IMG/VR virus record: IMGVR_UViG_3300044670_002562
Length of the DNA stretch: 64,000 bases
Direction: 5' to 3' (one strand)
Origin: an uncultured virus (IMG/VR IMGVR_UViG_3300044670_002562)
Taxonomy: Duplodnaviria > Heunggongvirae > Uroviricota > Caudoviricetes
Under the pieces are notes generated by a model. The model saw only the letters and a program-made list of their open reading frames with translations, made no database searches and was not told the origin of the DNA. Numbering within the stretch: position 1 is the stretch's first letter; every line of letters starts with the position of its first letter. Positions 37,947 through 47,494 of the stretch are shown here, piece by piece. Both the position numbers and the translations under genes were made by a program.

Positions 37947-39650
37947 TTACTGCTTACCCCGAGCGTTCCAGAGACCCTTTCTCGCGCTTTCCAAGTCATA
38001 ATCGCGAATCGGTCCTACCGGCCGATATTCCCGTAATAGCTCCTTAATTTTATCTGTTCGCTTTTCGGGCGTTGTAGTAGTCGCAGGAGTAGGAGTAGTC
38101 TCAGGAGCAGGAATAGCTAGATTCCTTAGTTCCTCCCTACTCTGCTGTGCCAGTGCCTTGCTCGCGGTAATAGGGTTCGAGTCGCTAGCGGCCCAGCCAG
38201 CGTTCAAAATTCTACCTAGAGCAGTATTACTAGTAGAGGAATTAGTAGCTGCAGTAGTAGCAGCAGCAGCAGGAGCAGCAGCAGCAGCAGCAGGAGGAGC
38301 AGCAGCAGCAGTAGTAGTAGTACTAGAGGAATTAGTAGCTGCAGGAGGCGCAGCAGCAGTAGTACTAGTAGAGGAATTAGTAGCTGTGGGCTTTGCATCC
38401 TGTGCGACTGGAGGAGTAGCTGCAGGAGCAGTAGCAGCAGCAGCAGCAGCAGGAGTAGTAGCAGGAGTAGGAGCAGCTACAGGATTAACGAGTAACTTAT
38501 TTAGACTTGGTTGAGCCCAGTCGGGCACTTCTTCGCTTAAAGGGCCGTCAAACCAGGCGGGTCCTGCGTCTTCTCCTACCGTAAACCCGGCGGCGGAGCC
38601 GGCTGCCTTTGCTCTCTCAGCTAGATTACTCTCTATTTCACTAAGCTTCTTTGCTCTTTCTGTTAGAGAAGCTATTTCTTGATTCATGCTAGGATCATCT
38701 ATAACTCTGATCGTTTCTATTCTATTTTTGACGTTCTCTAATTCTGACTGGTTGATTGAGCGAATATGGGCTGTGGCTTGTATTGCTTTTTTCTGATCGT
38801 CGCTGAGAGATATATTACCCTGTGCTGCCACAGAAATAGCTTCTTTAAGGGCTTCCGTAGATGCGTTGTCTGCTTCATACAGTGCTGAGTCTTGTCTAAA
38901 TTGTTCTAAGTTTTGTTCAGCATTATAGCCAAGGATCTGTAGCGTCCTGAGGCCTTCATATTTTGCAGTAGCATTAACATTTTCGCCGTTCTTTAGCTGG
39001 CCTGAAATTCTATCCGCTAGTTCGTCTTTATACTTACTAGGCAGATTGTTTGCTTTGACTAGTAGGTCTAATTGAGTGCTCACACCAATGTCCGCTGGTG
39101 AGTCTGTCATGGATTTAATTTTTTTAGCGAGCGCTTCTCCTTCTGGCGTTTTTTGTCCGTCTACGGTGAGCAGATTTTTGATTGCTTGCGTGTTTCTTGT
39201 AGCCAGTGCGTCTTGAGAGTAGCTCATAGCTTCTTCTACACCTACTCCAAACTTAGACATAATGTACAAAGCAATAGTGCCTATCACAGAGCCTGCCAGC
39301 ATTCCTTTGCCGCCTCCTAGTAGGCCTCCCAATATAGCTCCTATAGGAATACCTGCTGCGGCCATAGCTAGTTCGGATTTAGTTCTGTCGCTAGCTACGC
39401 CAAAGGCTGTGTTCTTCAGCAGAGTGTCCCCGGAGTACATTAGCAAAGCATTTATCTGGTCTAATTTATATCCTTGGCTTTCGCCGACATTGTACAATTG
39501 CTGAATGTCGTTAGGCCGGAGAACGCCTAGACTCCTCTCTGGGTCGTAGGTAGGCTCCTCCGCTTTTTTTTGCAAAGCTTGCCCGGACCATTCGGAAAAG
39601 AAATCTACAGCATTGTCTTTGTTTAATCTATGGCTATTAATTTTTATCAT
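37947..39650 (-). CDS. Glycine-zipper, coiled-coil and Ala/Thr-rich protein
   Basis: Leader ending QKKAE; GIPIGAILGGLLGGGKGMLAG; low-complexity C-terminal region. Confidence 0.75.
   Translation of the reverse strand: MIKINSHRLNKDNAVDFFSEWSGQALQKKAEEPTYDPERSLGVLRPNDIQQLYNVGESQGYKLDQINALLMYSGDTLLKNTAFGVASDRTKSELAMAAAGIPIGAILGGLLGGGKGMLAGSVIGTIALYIMSKFGVGVEEAMSYSQDALATRNTQAIKNLLTVDGQKTPEGEALAKKIKSMTDSPADIGVSTQLDLLVKANNLPSKYKDELADRISGQLKNGENVNATAKYEGLRTLQILGYNAEQNLEQFRQDSALYEADNASTEALKEAISVAAQGNISLSDDQKKAIQATAHIRSINQSELENVKNRIETIRVIDDPSMNQEIASLTERAKKLSEIESNLAERAKAAGSAAGFTVGEDAGPAWFDGPLSEEVPDWAQPSLNKLLVNPVAAPTPATTPAAAAAATAPAATPPVAQDAKPTATNSSTSTTAAAPPAATNSSSTTTTAAAAPPAAAAAAPAAAATTAATNSSTSNTALGRILNAGWAASDSNPITASKALAQQSREELRNLAIPAPETTPTPATTTTPEKRTDKIKELLREYRPVGPIRDYDLESARKGLWNARGKQ
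38221..38480. repeat. Low-complexity GCA/GTA repeat with three ATNSS(S/T)T units
   Basis: Repeated AGAGGAATTAGTAGCTG blocks and GCA triplet runs. Confidence 0.85.
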
Positions 39651-41515
39651 TGTACTGGTACCTGTCCTTGACGTGCTAGTTGGACCCCTTGGGTCGCTGC
39701 TTGATTTTCCAGCTCACTAAGCCGGGCCTTAACTTGCGCATACAGCGCTTCATCTTGGTGCTTAAGATCGGATAAGGTGCGCCGACGAGTGAGCGGATCG
39801 GATACGACGAGCTCTTGTGCTATCTGATCCGCGTTGGTTAGTAGATCGTCGATAGTTGCTCCGACGCCTGTAGCTCCTCCGATAGCTCCAGAAGGCTGGG
39901 AAGGAGGCATAGGAGCCGCTCCTTGTGCCGCAGGGTCGCCTGCTTGTCCCTGCGCGGCCATGGCCGCTTGCTCTTCTTGCATAAGAACTTGCTGCCCTGG
40001 TCCAGGAACTGTCGTTGCCTGTACGTTCGCCATCTGATTCTCCATCTGGCGTTGGCGCTCTTCCATATCCTCGGCGTGGGCCTCTTCCTGATCGAGCAGC
40101 TTTTTACGCTCCTGCTCGTAGTCTATGCCGATGGTCTGCATCGCCGTATCTTCCGATATCTTACCAGCGGCCGCTAGCTGGATCTTGAGTCCGCGGACCT
40201 CTGGATCCTCATATAGAGACACTGGCTTCACGAAGGCTCGTACCGTCTCCCAGCTAAGCATATCACCTTGTTTATTAACTACCCAAGTAGCCCACTTATT
40301 GAGCTGGTTAGCAAAGTGCTGCCATGTCCGCTCGAACATCTTAAAGCCGATAAGAGGACCTGCTGCTGCCTGGAATCCGGTGATAGAGGATTTGTAGAAC
40401 TCTGGAGGGATGCCCATAGAGTGCAGAAGGCGCATCTCAAAATGCTCCATGATATCTACAGGGATTAGGCTCTTTGCTTCACCGCCCAGCGTCTGGTACT
40501 CCAGCGGATACGGTAAGAAGTTCCAGTCTGTTGGGTTTCTGCGGTGACGCTGTATCATCCCCATCACAGAGCCTACAAAGTCCTTCATGTTCATATTGAG
40601 CATAGGGTCCTTTGTTCCTCCTGCACTAGGAGGAGAGAATACGCGAAACGGCATTAGATATTCTACAAGGATCGTCTCTACGTATTTATCTAGCATCGTC
40701 ACTAAGACTGCTGTCTCGAAGTCTGCCATAAACGGAGGAAGTCCCCAGCCTTTAAGGTTAGGAATAGAGCACGCTGCGACGGGAAAGGACATATGGTAGA
40801 TCTCATCATCCGCGAATTCGAACTCGCTGCCGCGGCAGATTGCCTCAATCACTTCCCAAGGCGTATCTTCGAGAAAGACTAGGTCTCCTCGCCGTACCGG
40901 GGCAGACAGCGCATCGTACTGTTTTAAGTCGATACTGTACTTAGTTCGCTTAGACATAGGGTGCTGCTGGATACGCATGAACTGCGGCGGCCATCTAGTG
41001 ATTACTGGCTTAGCCTTCTCTTTGGGTAAAAGCGAGTCCTCGTGCGGCATAGTGCCCTTGTACGAGCAGGACGGACACTCTGCATGGAATTTACAGTTCT
41101 CGAACCGAAGTCCCTGCTTAAACTGCTTGAGGGGGGCCCGCATGCTGCAGCTCGGGCAGATCAGCAGCCGTAGAAACGGTCGGTGTATGGATGTGAAGGA
41201 ATTTCCGAATGCCATAAAGTCATCCCCGATGACTGCGAGCTCTTCGATCATATCGAAGTTCTCCGAGATGGCGTCTAGGTAGGTCTTCCTAGTGCGGAAG
41301 TCCAGGTCGTCGCCCTCTACATCTAGCTCGGTCATGAAATACCGCACAGCGGACGAAATAGACTGCGAGTACATCCCGTGGTGCATCCACAGCTCCTCTG
41401 CCCATGCAAAGGTCTCTCGGATAGTCTTAGGGTAGACTCTCCGCGTAAGTTTCGTGAAGGGGGATGTTACGTCCTTATCCCACCGAAGGCCGGCGTCTTG
41501 GATACCTGAAGCCAT
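39647..41515 (-). CDS. Portal protein with zinc-ribbon insertion
   Basis: 622 aa; GDDFMAFGNSF, IYHMS...GWGLPP, LHSMGIPPEF, GIDYEQER match large-phage portal patterns; CPSC...CPSC insert. Confidence 0.75.
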   Translation of the reverse strand: MASGIQDAGLRWDKDVTSPFTKLTRRVYPKTIRETFAWAEELWMHHGMYSQSISSAVRYFMTELDVEGDDLDFRTRKTYLDAISENFDMIEELAVIGDDFMAFGNSFTSIHRPFLRLLICPSCSMRAPLKQFKQGLRFENCKFHAECPSCSYKGTMPHEDSLLPKEKAKPVITRWPPQFMRIQQHPMSKRTKYSIDLKQYDALSAPVRRGDLVFLEDTPWEVIEAICRGSEFEFADDEIYHMSFPVAACSIPNLKGWGLPPFMADFETAVLVTMLDKYVETILVEYLMPFRVFSPPSAGGTKDPMLNMNMKDFVGSVMGMIQRHRRNPTDWNFLPYPLEYQTLGGEAKSLIPVDIMEHFEMRLLHSMGIPPEFYKSSITGFQAAAGPLIGFKMFERTWQHFANQLNKWATWVVNKQGDMLSWETVRAFVKPVSLYEDPEVRGLKIQLAAAGKISEDTAMQTIGIDYEQERKKLLDQEEAHAEDMEERQRQMENQMANVQATTVPGPGQQVLMQEEQAAMAAQGQAGDPAAQGAAPMPPSQPSGAIGGATGVGATIDDLLTNADQIAQELVVSDPLTRRRTLSDLKHQDEALYAQVKARLSELENQAATQGVQLARQGQVPVQ

Positions 41516-42318
41516 TAAGCAGCGCTCCTAATCATTACTTGTATACCGCAGTCAGTGAACGGAAGTTCAAACTCTATACCGGGAAAGTATACTTCATACG
41601 TGGTCCCATCACACGTTACCGAAAACTCCCCGGCAGATGTAGGGGGACTAAAGACCTGTGCCTCTCGATCATACACTAGGATAACGAACGAATCTTCTAC
41701 GTATACGTAGCTATATGTGCCTCGGTAGCTTCCGAAGCTGCCTTCCATCTTAACGCGTATAGGCTCCGGGTCCTCCTTGGACACAGTATCCTCTACGTCC
41801 GCTTGGAGACCTACACGGACTGCCTCTGCTATCATCTTAGACATGGCCTTAGTCGATAGGGCAGGGGCGGGCAGGAGGTCGATCTCCTCGTCCCCCGGTG
41901 CGGCGTCATGTATATCTAAGTGATCTGCTGCGTCCATGATAGCCTGCAGCTGCCTCTCAGCATCTGATACCTCTTTCGGGACGTTTGCGCTAGTGGCTGC
42001 GGGCGCTGTCTCGGCTTCGTTATCGCTAGAGTTAAAGTACGCCCGCAGGTGAGTTGGCTCGAACTCTTCCGGAGAGTCGTACAACTCTCCGTCCTTATAC
42101 CGATAAGTTTTTCCGACTACAATAGATCCGAAAGGCGAGGGCGAGTTCCGCAGCTCTCCTTTTCTATTAGTAGTAGGAACGATCGTCCCCTGCATCGAGC
42201 CCTGCAGGGCTCCAAATTTATACTCATCCGCTGTGTCTGGGTCGGCAAGGGAGATCGCACTGTGTGATGTGCTGCCTTTCGTCGCCGTATCCGCCACCTT
42301 TATAAATCCGTCATTCAT
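41515..42318 (-). CDS. Hypothetical acidic protein
   Basis: 267 aa coupled to the portal gene. Confidence 0.7.
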   Translation of the reverse strand: MNDGFIKVADTATKGSTSHSAISLADPDTADEYKFGALQGSMQGTIVPTTNRKGELRNSPSPFGSIVVGKTYRYKDGELYDSPEEFEPTHLRAYFNSSDNEAETAPAATSANVPKEVSDAERQLQAIMDAADHLDIHDAAPGDEEIDLLPAPALSTKAMSKMIAEAVRVGLQADVEDTVSKEDPEPIRVKMEGSFGSYRGTYSYVYVEDSFVILVYDREAQVFSPPTSAGEFSVTCDGTTYEVYFPGIEFELPFTDCGIQVMIRSAA

Positions 42319-42334
42319 AGTCGCCTCTCCTGGT

Positions 42335-42562
42335 CTAGTCTTGTACTTTCTTTATGAATACCAGTGCCGCTGCTGCGCTTTCTGGGTATAACTGACCTAC
42401 TATCGCCTGTGCTATAGGCTCTGTGACCTTGGCCGCAGATGATAATACTCCGTCTTTCTCAAATATATAGTGATATCGCCCGAGTACGAGGCCTCGGCCG
42501 CCTCCGCTCCTCGGATAAAATAAGGGCTCTCCTGTCCACTCTACTGCGTTGCTGGTTGGCAT
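42335..42562 (-). CDS. Hypothetical protein
   Basis: 75 aa ORF filling the gap on the coding strand. Confidence 0.55.
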   Translation of the reverse strand: MPTSNAVEWTGEPLFYPRSGGGRGLVLGRYHYIFEKDGVLSSAAKVTEPIAQAIVGQLYPESAAAALVFIKKVQD

Positions 42563-42593
42563 CTATAGTCCTATGTGAGAATAAAGGTTACTA

Positions 42594-43661
42594 TTAGGTA
42601 CAAGGATCTTCTTCTACTATTACATTCGGCTCTTGTATAGGAAATACTACCTGTAGTGCATTGATAGCTGATGCTACGGCATCTCCTAGCTTATCCACGT
42701 CTTCCTCGGTTGTGTGCCTCCCTACTCGAATAAGGAGGTTGCTGTACCGGGCAGGCTCTTCAAACATATACGAGGTGAGGGGCGTACATCGCTGTACGTT
42801 CCTTAGCCCGTCTACCGTATCTGTAACTAGCAGTCCTGATTCGCGAAGGGCGAGTGTCAGCGGCCGAGTCCATATGCCCTCTATATGAAAGTTAGCTGTA
42901 TGTTCTGCCTTCGGCGCGCCCTGGAAGTTGAGGTATACTCCGGGTATCTTCTGTAGGCAGGCCTCTAGGCGGGTCCGCATATTCCGAACCGCCCGCACAT
43001 CCTCATCCTGTATGTCTATTACCGCCCTGATACCTTCTGCTACTCTACTGCAGGATCCCTCATGAAGGTACCCCGCTCTCATACCGAATTGCTGGTGCCC
43101 TGACGCGGTATTTACAGAGATGTGCTCAGGGTCTTTAGCCCATATAACGCCCACATGCGGCGCTCCGCAGAAACTTCCATCGAATAGCACTACATCTGTC
43201 GTGTCTACGATCCCTCGGAAATAAGCAGGATCCATTGCGTACGATAAGTCCGCTAATACAACTGTACTCGGGGCTATGCTTTTGATCATAGCCGATAGCT
43301 CGGGAAGGTCCGACACAACTCCGTACTCCGCATTCACTGCTGAGATGAATGCGTGGGAGAACTTACCGGGATCTGTGAGATACGTATTCCACGCTCTTAT
43401 CCCTGATCGACGGATTGGGAGTATGCTGCAGTGGGGGAGCGTCGTGACCTCTTCTGGCTCTAGGAAGGACGCTATCACAGAATAGGATGGGTGCAGCACC
43501 TTGCTGAGAGATTCAGCCGAGCCTGCCGTTACTACAACTACTCCCTCTTCTGTATCTAGTAAGGTCTTAGTGCTGTTTACAATCTCCCGCATAGCGGACG
43601 TAAGTCTGTCATGTTCTGCCAAGTCTGGCGGAAATATGGATACACTATCAAAGCATGTCAT
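42594..43661 (-). CDS. Degenerate aminotransferase class V / cysteine desulfurase (NifS/IscS)-like protein
   Basis: Recognisable scaffold (TAGSAES, VNAEYG, GMRAG, IRVGRHTTEEDVD) but lacks the SxHK lysine and GSAC cysteine; start reassigned to ATG 43661 (GGGAG RBS). Confidence 0.7.
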   Translation of the reverse strand: MTCFDSVSIFPPDLAEHDRLTSAMREIVNSTKTLLDTEEGVVVVTAGSAESLSKVLHPSYSVIASFLEPEEVTTLPHCSILPIRRSGIRAWNTYLTDPGKFSHAFISAVNAEYGVVSDLPELSAMIKSIAPSTVVLADLSYAMDPAYFRGIVDTTDVVLFDGSFCGAPHVGVIWAKDPEHISVNTASGHQQFGMRAGYLHEGSCSRVAEGIRAVIDIQDEDVRAVRNMRTRLEACLQKIPGVYLNFQGAPKAEHTANFHIEGIWTRPLTLALRESGLLVTDTVDGLRNVQRCTPLTSYMFEEPARYSNLLIRVGRHTTEEDVDKLGDAVASAINALQVVFPIQEPNVIVEEDPCT

Positions 43662-43727
43662 GTATTTAATCTCCCTATTGAATCGCCCCGATAGTGTACT
43701 CGCGCAGGAGATATGCCGCAAGTAGAT

Positions 43728-43771
43728 AAAAACAGAGAGGCCGTTCCCTTTCTAGATAAAGGAACGGCCTC
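43728..43771 (-). terminator. Intrinsic terminator
   Basis: Stem GAGGCCGTTCC/GGAACGGCCTC followed on the minus strand by a T-rich tail. Confidence 0.7.
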
Positions 43772-43843
43772 GGTATTCCTACATTTGCTAACAGGAATAA
43801 TTAGCAGATTCGCTACGCAGGCTCCGCTAAGGTCTCGATAGAG

Positions 43844-44248
43844 TCAGATTAGAATAGAGTGCCCAGGTATCTGTCTCTCTACTTTCTTTGGTTTTGGCGT
43901 TGGCTGTTTGCCCTGCTGTCGTCGGAAGTTTTCTCTAATTTGCTCAGGAGTATTAGCCTCTCCCTCTTTTTTATTTGGGGTAGCTTTCCCTCTTGTCATT
44001 CCTTTTGGTTTAGAGGCATTAGGGCCTGTGGTTTTGGAGGGCATTAGGGCCTTTATATCTTCAGCACTAAGGCCTTTAGATTTATTAGATCTAGCAAACG
44101 GAGGACGTCCCCTCCAATTAAACCGCTTAGCTCTAGTAGATGGGTCAGACTTAAATAGGCGGTCGATATTAAAGATTGGGTCAGCTGCGGTTTTCACTAG
44201 CTCGGAGCTATCGGCAGTGTATCCGTCATAAAAGGCTGCGGTATTCAT
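43844..44248 (-). CDS. Small very basic protein with FYDGY...KTA leader
   Basis: Start likely ATG 44248 (MNTAAFYDGY...LVKTAAD); Lys/Arg/Pro-rich remainder. Confidence 0.6.
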   Translation of the reverse strand: MNTAAFYDGYTADSSELVKTAADPIFNIDRLFKSDPSTRAKRFNWRGRPPFARSNKSKGLSAEDIKALMPSKTTGPNASKPKGMTRGKATPNKKEGEANTPEQIRENFRRQQGKQPTPKPKKVERQIPGHSILI

Positions 44249-44275
44249 AGGGCTATGGTCTCTTGCTGCCGTAGT

Positions 44276-44291
44276 TAGTCTACGTATGCTA
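44276..44291. promoter_or_regulatory. Degenerate copy of recurrent palindrome (TAGTCTACGTATGCTA)
   Basis: Two mismatches to consensus; lies between the stop at 44293 and the start at 44248. Confidence 0.45.
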
Positions 44292-44292
44292 T

Positions 44293-44901
44293 TTATCCGA
44301 ACAGACGACGAATCCACGATGAGTTTTTTTTATCGTCTTCGCCCTGCGCCGGATCGTCGGAGGATTTTACATCTGGTAGAGTAGGATATAACATCTCGTC
44401 GTCCTCGTCTACAGGAGCAGGTACAGCGAGGTCTCGTCGTAGGTCTAGTATCTCTTTGACCTTATCCTCGATAATGATTTCCGATTTACGTAGGCTATCT
44501 CGCAGCTCTTTGAGCTCGTCTCCCTGGACACTGATCCGATCGCGCAGGGCATCGATCAGCCGCTCTTGCGCGAGCTTGTAAGCGTTCGCAGACTCCAGAG
44601 CTCGTGAGGTCTCGGCTAATTTAATGCCCTGTCCTGCCATGTCTGAGCGCCAGCGGAACTCTAACTCTTCGCCCTGCTGCGCCCATACCGCATACCCGGC
44701 CAATACTGCATCTTCCTTCGAAATAGGCGCACGGGTTCGGTCTAGCGCCTCTTCCAGGATGTTGTTGCGGGATAGGGACGCTGACGACAATAAGACCAGG
44801 CTAGCGAAGATCGCTATGTGTCCGTACCCTAGGATCACTGTGCTTGCTCCGTACTTCTCGATCGCCTCGTGGTGGCGTGATATCAACTCTCGAATACTCA
44901 T
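44293..44901 (-). CDS. Membrane-anchored coiled-coil protein
   Basis: N-terminal hydrophobic helix, coiled coil, C-terminal amphipathic SSWIRRLFG. Confidence 0.65.
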   Translation of the reverse strand: MSIRELISRHHEAIEKYGASTVILGYGHIAIFASLVLLSSASLSRNNILEEALDRTRAPISKEDAVLAGYAVWAQQGEELEFRWRSDMAGQGIKLAETSRALESANAYKLAQERLIDALRDRISVQGDELKELRDSLRKSEIIIEDKVKEILDLRRDLAVPAPVDEDDEMLYPTLPDVKSSDDPAQGEDDKKNSSWIRRLFG

Positions 44902-44924
44902 GCTCTCCTCCGTATATAGCTGTG

Positions 44925-46427
44925 TTAGGGAACTTCTACGAGGTGAATAGGCATCTTCTCATGCTTATTCCACTTACCTCGCCAGACTCCGTCCCGATCC
45001 TTAGTAAGAGCGCAGATGAAGTCGTCCTTACGGGGTCCGAGGAACAGGGTAGGCTTTCCGTCTACCTCTCTCATCTCCCATACCTTCTCCAAATCTGCTT
45101 TCCCTTCCTGGAGTTGTCCGTTATCCGCCAAGGATATGACTCGCTTATCATGTCCTACACGGATATACACAAACCGCTTGCCTGTAACTGTAGCTGCGTG
45201 TTTTGTTCCTGCGGCTATCTGCTTTTTAACTAGTCCGTCCGGAACTAGCTCGATGTCCATTCGCTCGTGATTGTCCCACTGGCCTCTCCACCGACCGCCT
45301 GGAGTTTCCTCCTTTAGTACACAAGTAACAGAGTTCCCGACTATACACAGCTCAGGACCTTCATCCCCGTCTTGAATATACCACCCCTTCTCAAGCTGCG
45401 CTGAGCCTTTGCCGATAGTGTTGTCCGGCAGGAGCTCCATCTTTCGCTTATCGTGCCCGATTCGATGGTACGTGAATCGGTTATTGGCTACCCTATCTAC
45501 GGCCGCTTTCCCCTTCTCCGATTTCGGTGCCGGGAATTCGATCTTCCCGTCCCATACGTCCTGCAGCTCTTTTAAGAACTCCAGACATCTGTCTTCCATG
45601 AGGAACCCGTGGATGCGGGGATTCTTGCCTGTCAGGGACCACTTCTGCATATTACGGTGCTGGAAGATGCGCTTGTCGTCGAAATCATGCTGACACATGG
45701 TTGCCCGTAGCGGGTGGATCAATCTCGAGGGCATGGAGTAATTTGTCCCGCAGATATGCCACGCCATGTGAAATGTGTCTTTGTCTCCGTGGATGTGCGT
45801 ATAGTAAAAGTCGGAGTGCTCATTCAAGTGCATGGTAGTATTAAGCTCTTCCCAACACCGACGCTTATCTACTACGATCTGACCTGACTCAAACTCGGGC
45901 TCGTCCCTATACTCCACCCCGCAGATTTCCCATATCTGTCGCGTGCGGGCTAGTCTGCCGTAGTCCGGCCAGAAGATGGCTCCGGTCTCTCGGTATTGCG
46001 GAGTATCGAAGAGTACCTCTGGATCAATGAGTGGGACATTATCCGCGTCCAGGAAGATCACCTCTTCGAAGCTAGAGTGGATGATGGAAAATGGATTACA
46101 TTCCCATCCGAACAATCTACGGGCCGGATACTTCTTACGAACCTCGTACGCATCTATGCACTTAACGTCATACGGTCGGATAAGGTCCCGCATACGATCA
46201 TCCATTTCGCATACCCCGAGATGCCAAAACTCTATAGGAAGCGTGCAGCCGTGCTGCCTAAGCATCTTTACAGTCACCCACGCATTAGTAAAGTACCGAG
46301 GGCCTCCGGCGCATATGACAATGCCCTTCCCGCTAAATCGGTGATCTGGGTAATCCTCTAGGTTCTCTCGAGCATTCTTTACTAGCTCTTGGTATTTGGA
46401 AATAATCGGGTTGGTTGCAGCCGCCAT
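44925..46427 (-). CDS. GT71-like (Mnn2/Mnn1-type mannosyltransferase) glycosyltransferase with two C-terminal repeat domains
   Basis: KGIVICAGG, LPIEFWH, SFEEVIFLDADN, GAIFWPDY, EFESGQIVVDK, GDKDTF. Confidence 0.85.
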   Translation of the reverse strand: MAAATNPIISKYQELVKNARENLEDYPDHRFSGKGIVICAGGPRYFTNAWVTVKMLRQHGCTLPIEFWHLGVCEMDDRMRDLIRPYDVKCIDAYEVRKKYPARRLFGWECNPFSIIHSSFEEVIFLDADNVPLIDPEVLFDTPQYRETGAIFWPDYGRLARTRQIWEICGVEYRDEPEFESGQIVVDKRRCWEELNTTMHLNEHSDFYYTHIHGDKDTFHMAWHICGTNYSMPSRLIHPLRATMCQHDFDDKRIFQHRNMQKWSLTGKNPRIHGFLMEDRCLEFLKELQDVWDGKIEFPAPKSEKGKAAVDRVANNRFTYHRIGHDKRKMELLPDNTIGKGSAQLEKGWYIQDGDEGPELCIVGNSVTCVLKEETPGGRWRGQWDNHERMDIELVPDGLVKKQIAAGTKHAATVTGKRFVYIRVGHDKRVISLADNGQLQEGKADLEKVWEMREVDGKPTLFLGPRKDDFICALTKDRDGVWRGKWNKHEKMPIHLVEVP

Positions 46428-47480
46428 TTATGTCTCCACACGCTGAAGGGTTATGTCTGATTTCTCGAAGTGCTCCCAGCGGCCCTGCCATAGATCGCCA
46501 GCAGGACTTAGTTGAGCTTTGAATGTCAGGTACTCCTTCCAGCAGGCCGCTGTGTGTCCTGTAGCCCAGAGCGCTATCCCATGCGCCCTCTGGATAGGAA
46601 ACCACCATTGCTCAAGGAGCCCAGAATCCTGTATGGTCCCGTCTGGCCGAAGTATAACGGTAGCTGCGATCTTTCCCTTAGGTCCGAGGTCCCTCGTATA
46701 TGTGTATGTGCCCGATAGTCGCTCAAATTCCTCTTCAGCTACTGTCACATACGAGCGACTATTCTCCGACCGTGCGAAGATCTCGAAATTATCCGATATC
46801 TCTGTAGAGAAGTCCTTCCGGAGGCTCTTCCTCGTGGTCTTCATATCTCTGCCGATCTTATGCGCGCCGATTACCGGCATGCCTTTATCCATCCAGTCCC
46901 CTGACGACTGGACCCAGTTATATCGGCGATCTATGTAGTGGATAGGCAGGCGCATCATCTGGGCGGCCATGTTTAGAGACGTCTGGTCTTTGAACTGTAC
47001 CCAGAATCGCGCCTTCGGGTGCTTTAACTTAATTGTCTTAGGATCTAGTTTATCTATGATCCTCTCGTAGCATCCCTTAGCTGCGGATAGTAGGTATCTG
47101 CACGGCTCTCTGTGCAGTACGAGGAAGCCTGAGTTGAAGTATTTATCCAGCTCTAGATTAAACCCTTCCGCATCCATAGAGATGTGGCCGGACCTGTTTA
47201 GATCCCTGACTGCGCCTAGCCCGCCCATCGTCTTCTCGGCAAGTAGTCGAGGATTCCATTCCCGCATCCACCATAGATCCGAGTCAAAATAGAATACGCA
47301 TTCTGATTGTACTATATCGAAGATATAGTACTTCAGGTGGTGAGGGAACGGCAGGTCGTACTGCGCTAAGTGCTCGTCCCCTAGTACGACGCACGGTAGA
47401 CCGGTAGTTCGTCTAAAGCTATCCGCGGCCTTGTCCGCCAGGTTGCGGAAACTGCCTGTGCCTATGGTTACTCCTGTCAT
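46428..47480 (-). CDS. GT8-like glycosyltransferase with one C-terminal repeat domain
   Basis: YFDSD (DxD), YFNSG, DQTSLN, RYN. Confidence 0.8.
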   Translation of the reverse strand: MTGVTIGTGSFRNLADKAADSFRRTTGLPCVVLGDEHLAQYDLPFPHHLKYYIFDIVQSECVFYFDSDLWWMREWNPRLLAEKTMGGLGAVRDLNRSGHISMDAEGFNLELDKYFNSGFLVLHREPCRYLLSAAKGCYERIIDKLDPKTIKLKHPKARFWVQFKDQTSLNMAAQMMRLPIHYIDRRYNWVQSSGDWMDKGMPVIGAHKIGRDMKTTRKSLRKDFSTEISDNFEIFARSENSRSYVTVAEEEFERLSGTYTYTRDLGPKGKIAATVILRPDGTIQDSGLLEQWWFPIQRAHGIALWATGHTAACWKEYLTFKAQLSPAGDLWQGRWEHFEKSDITLQRVET

Positions 47481-47494
47481 TTTACTATACTTCC

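Noticed and set aside
43375..43390. Weak ATACGTAT matches (also near 5150 and 33790) as motif copies
   Set aside because: Only the 8-bp core matches and flanks diverge; plausible by chance.
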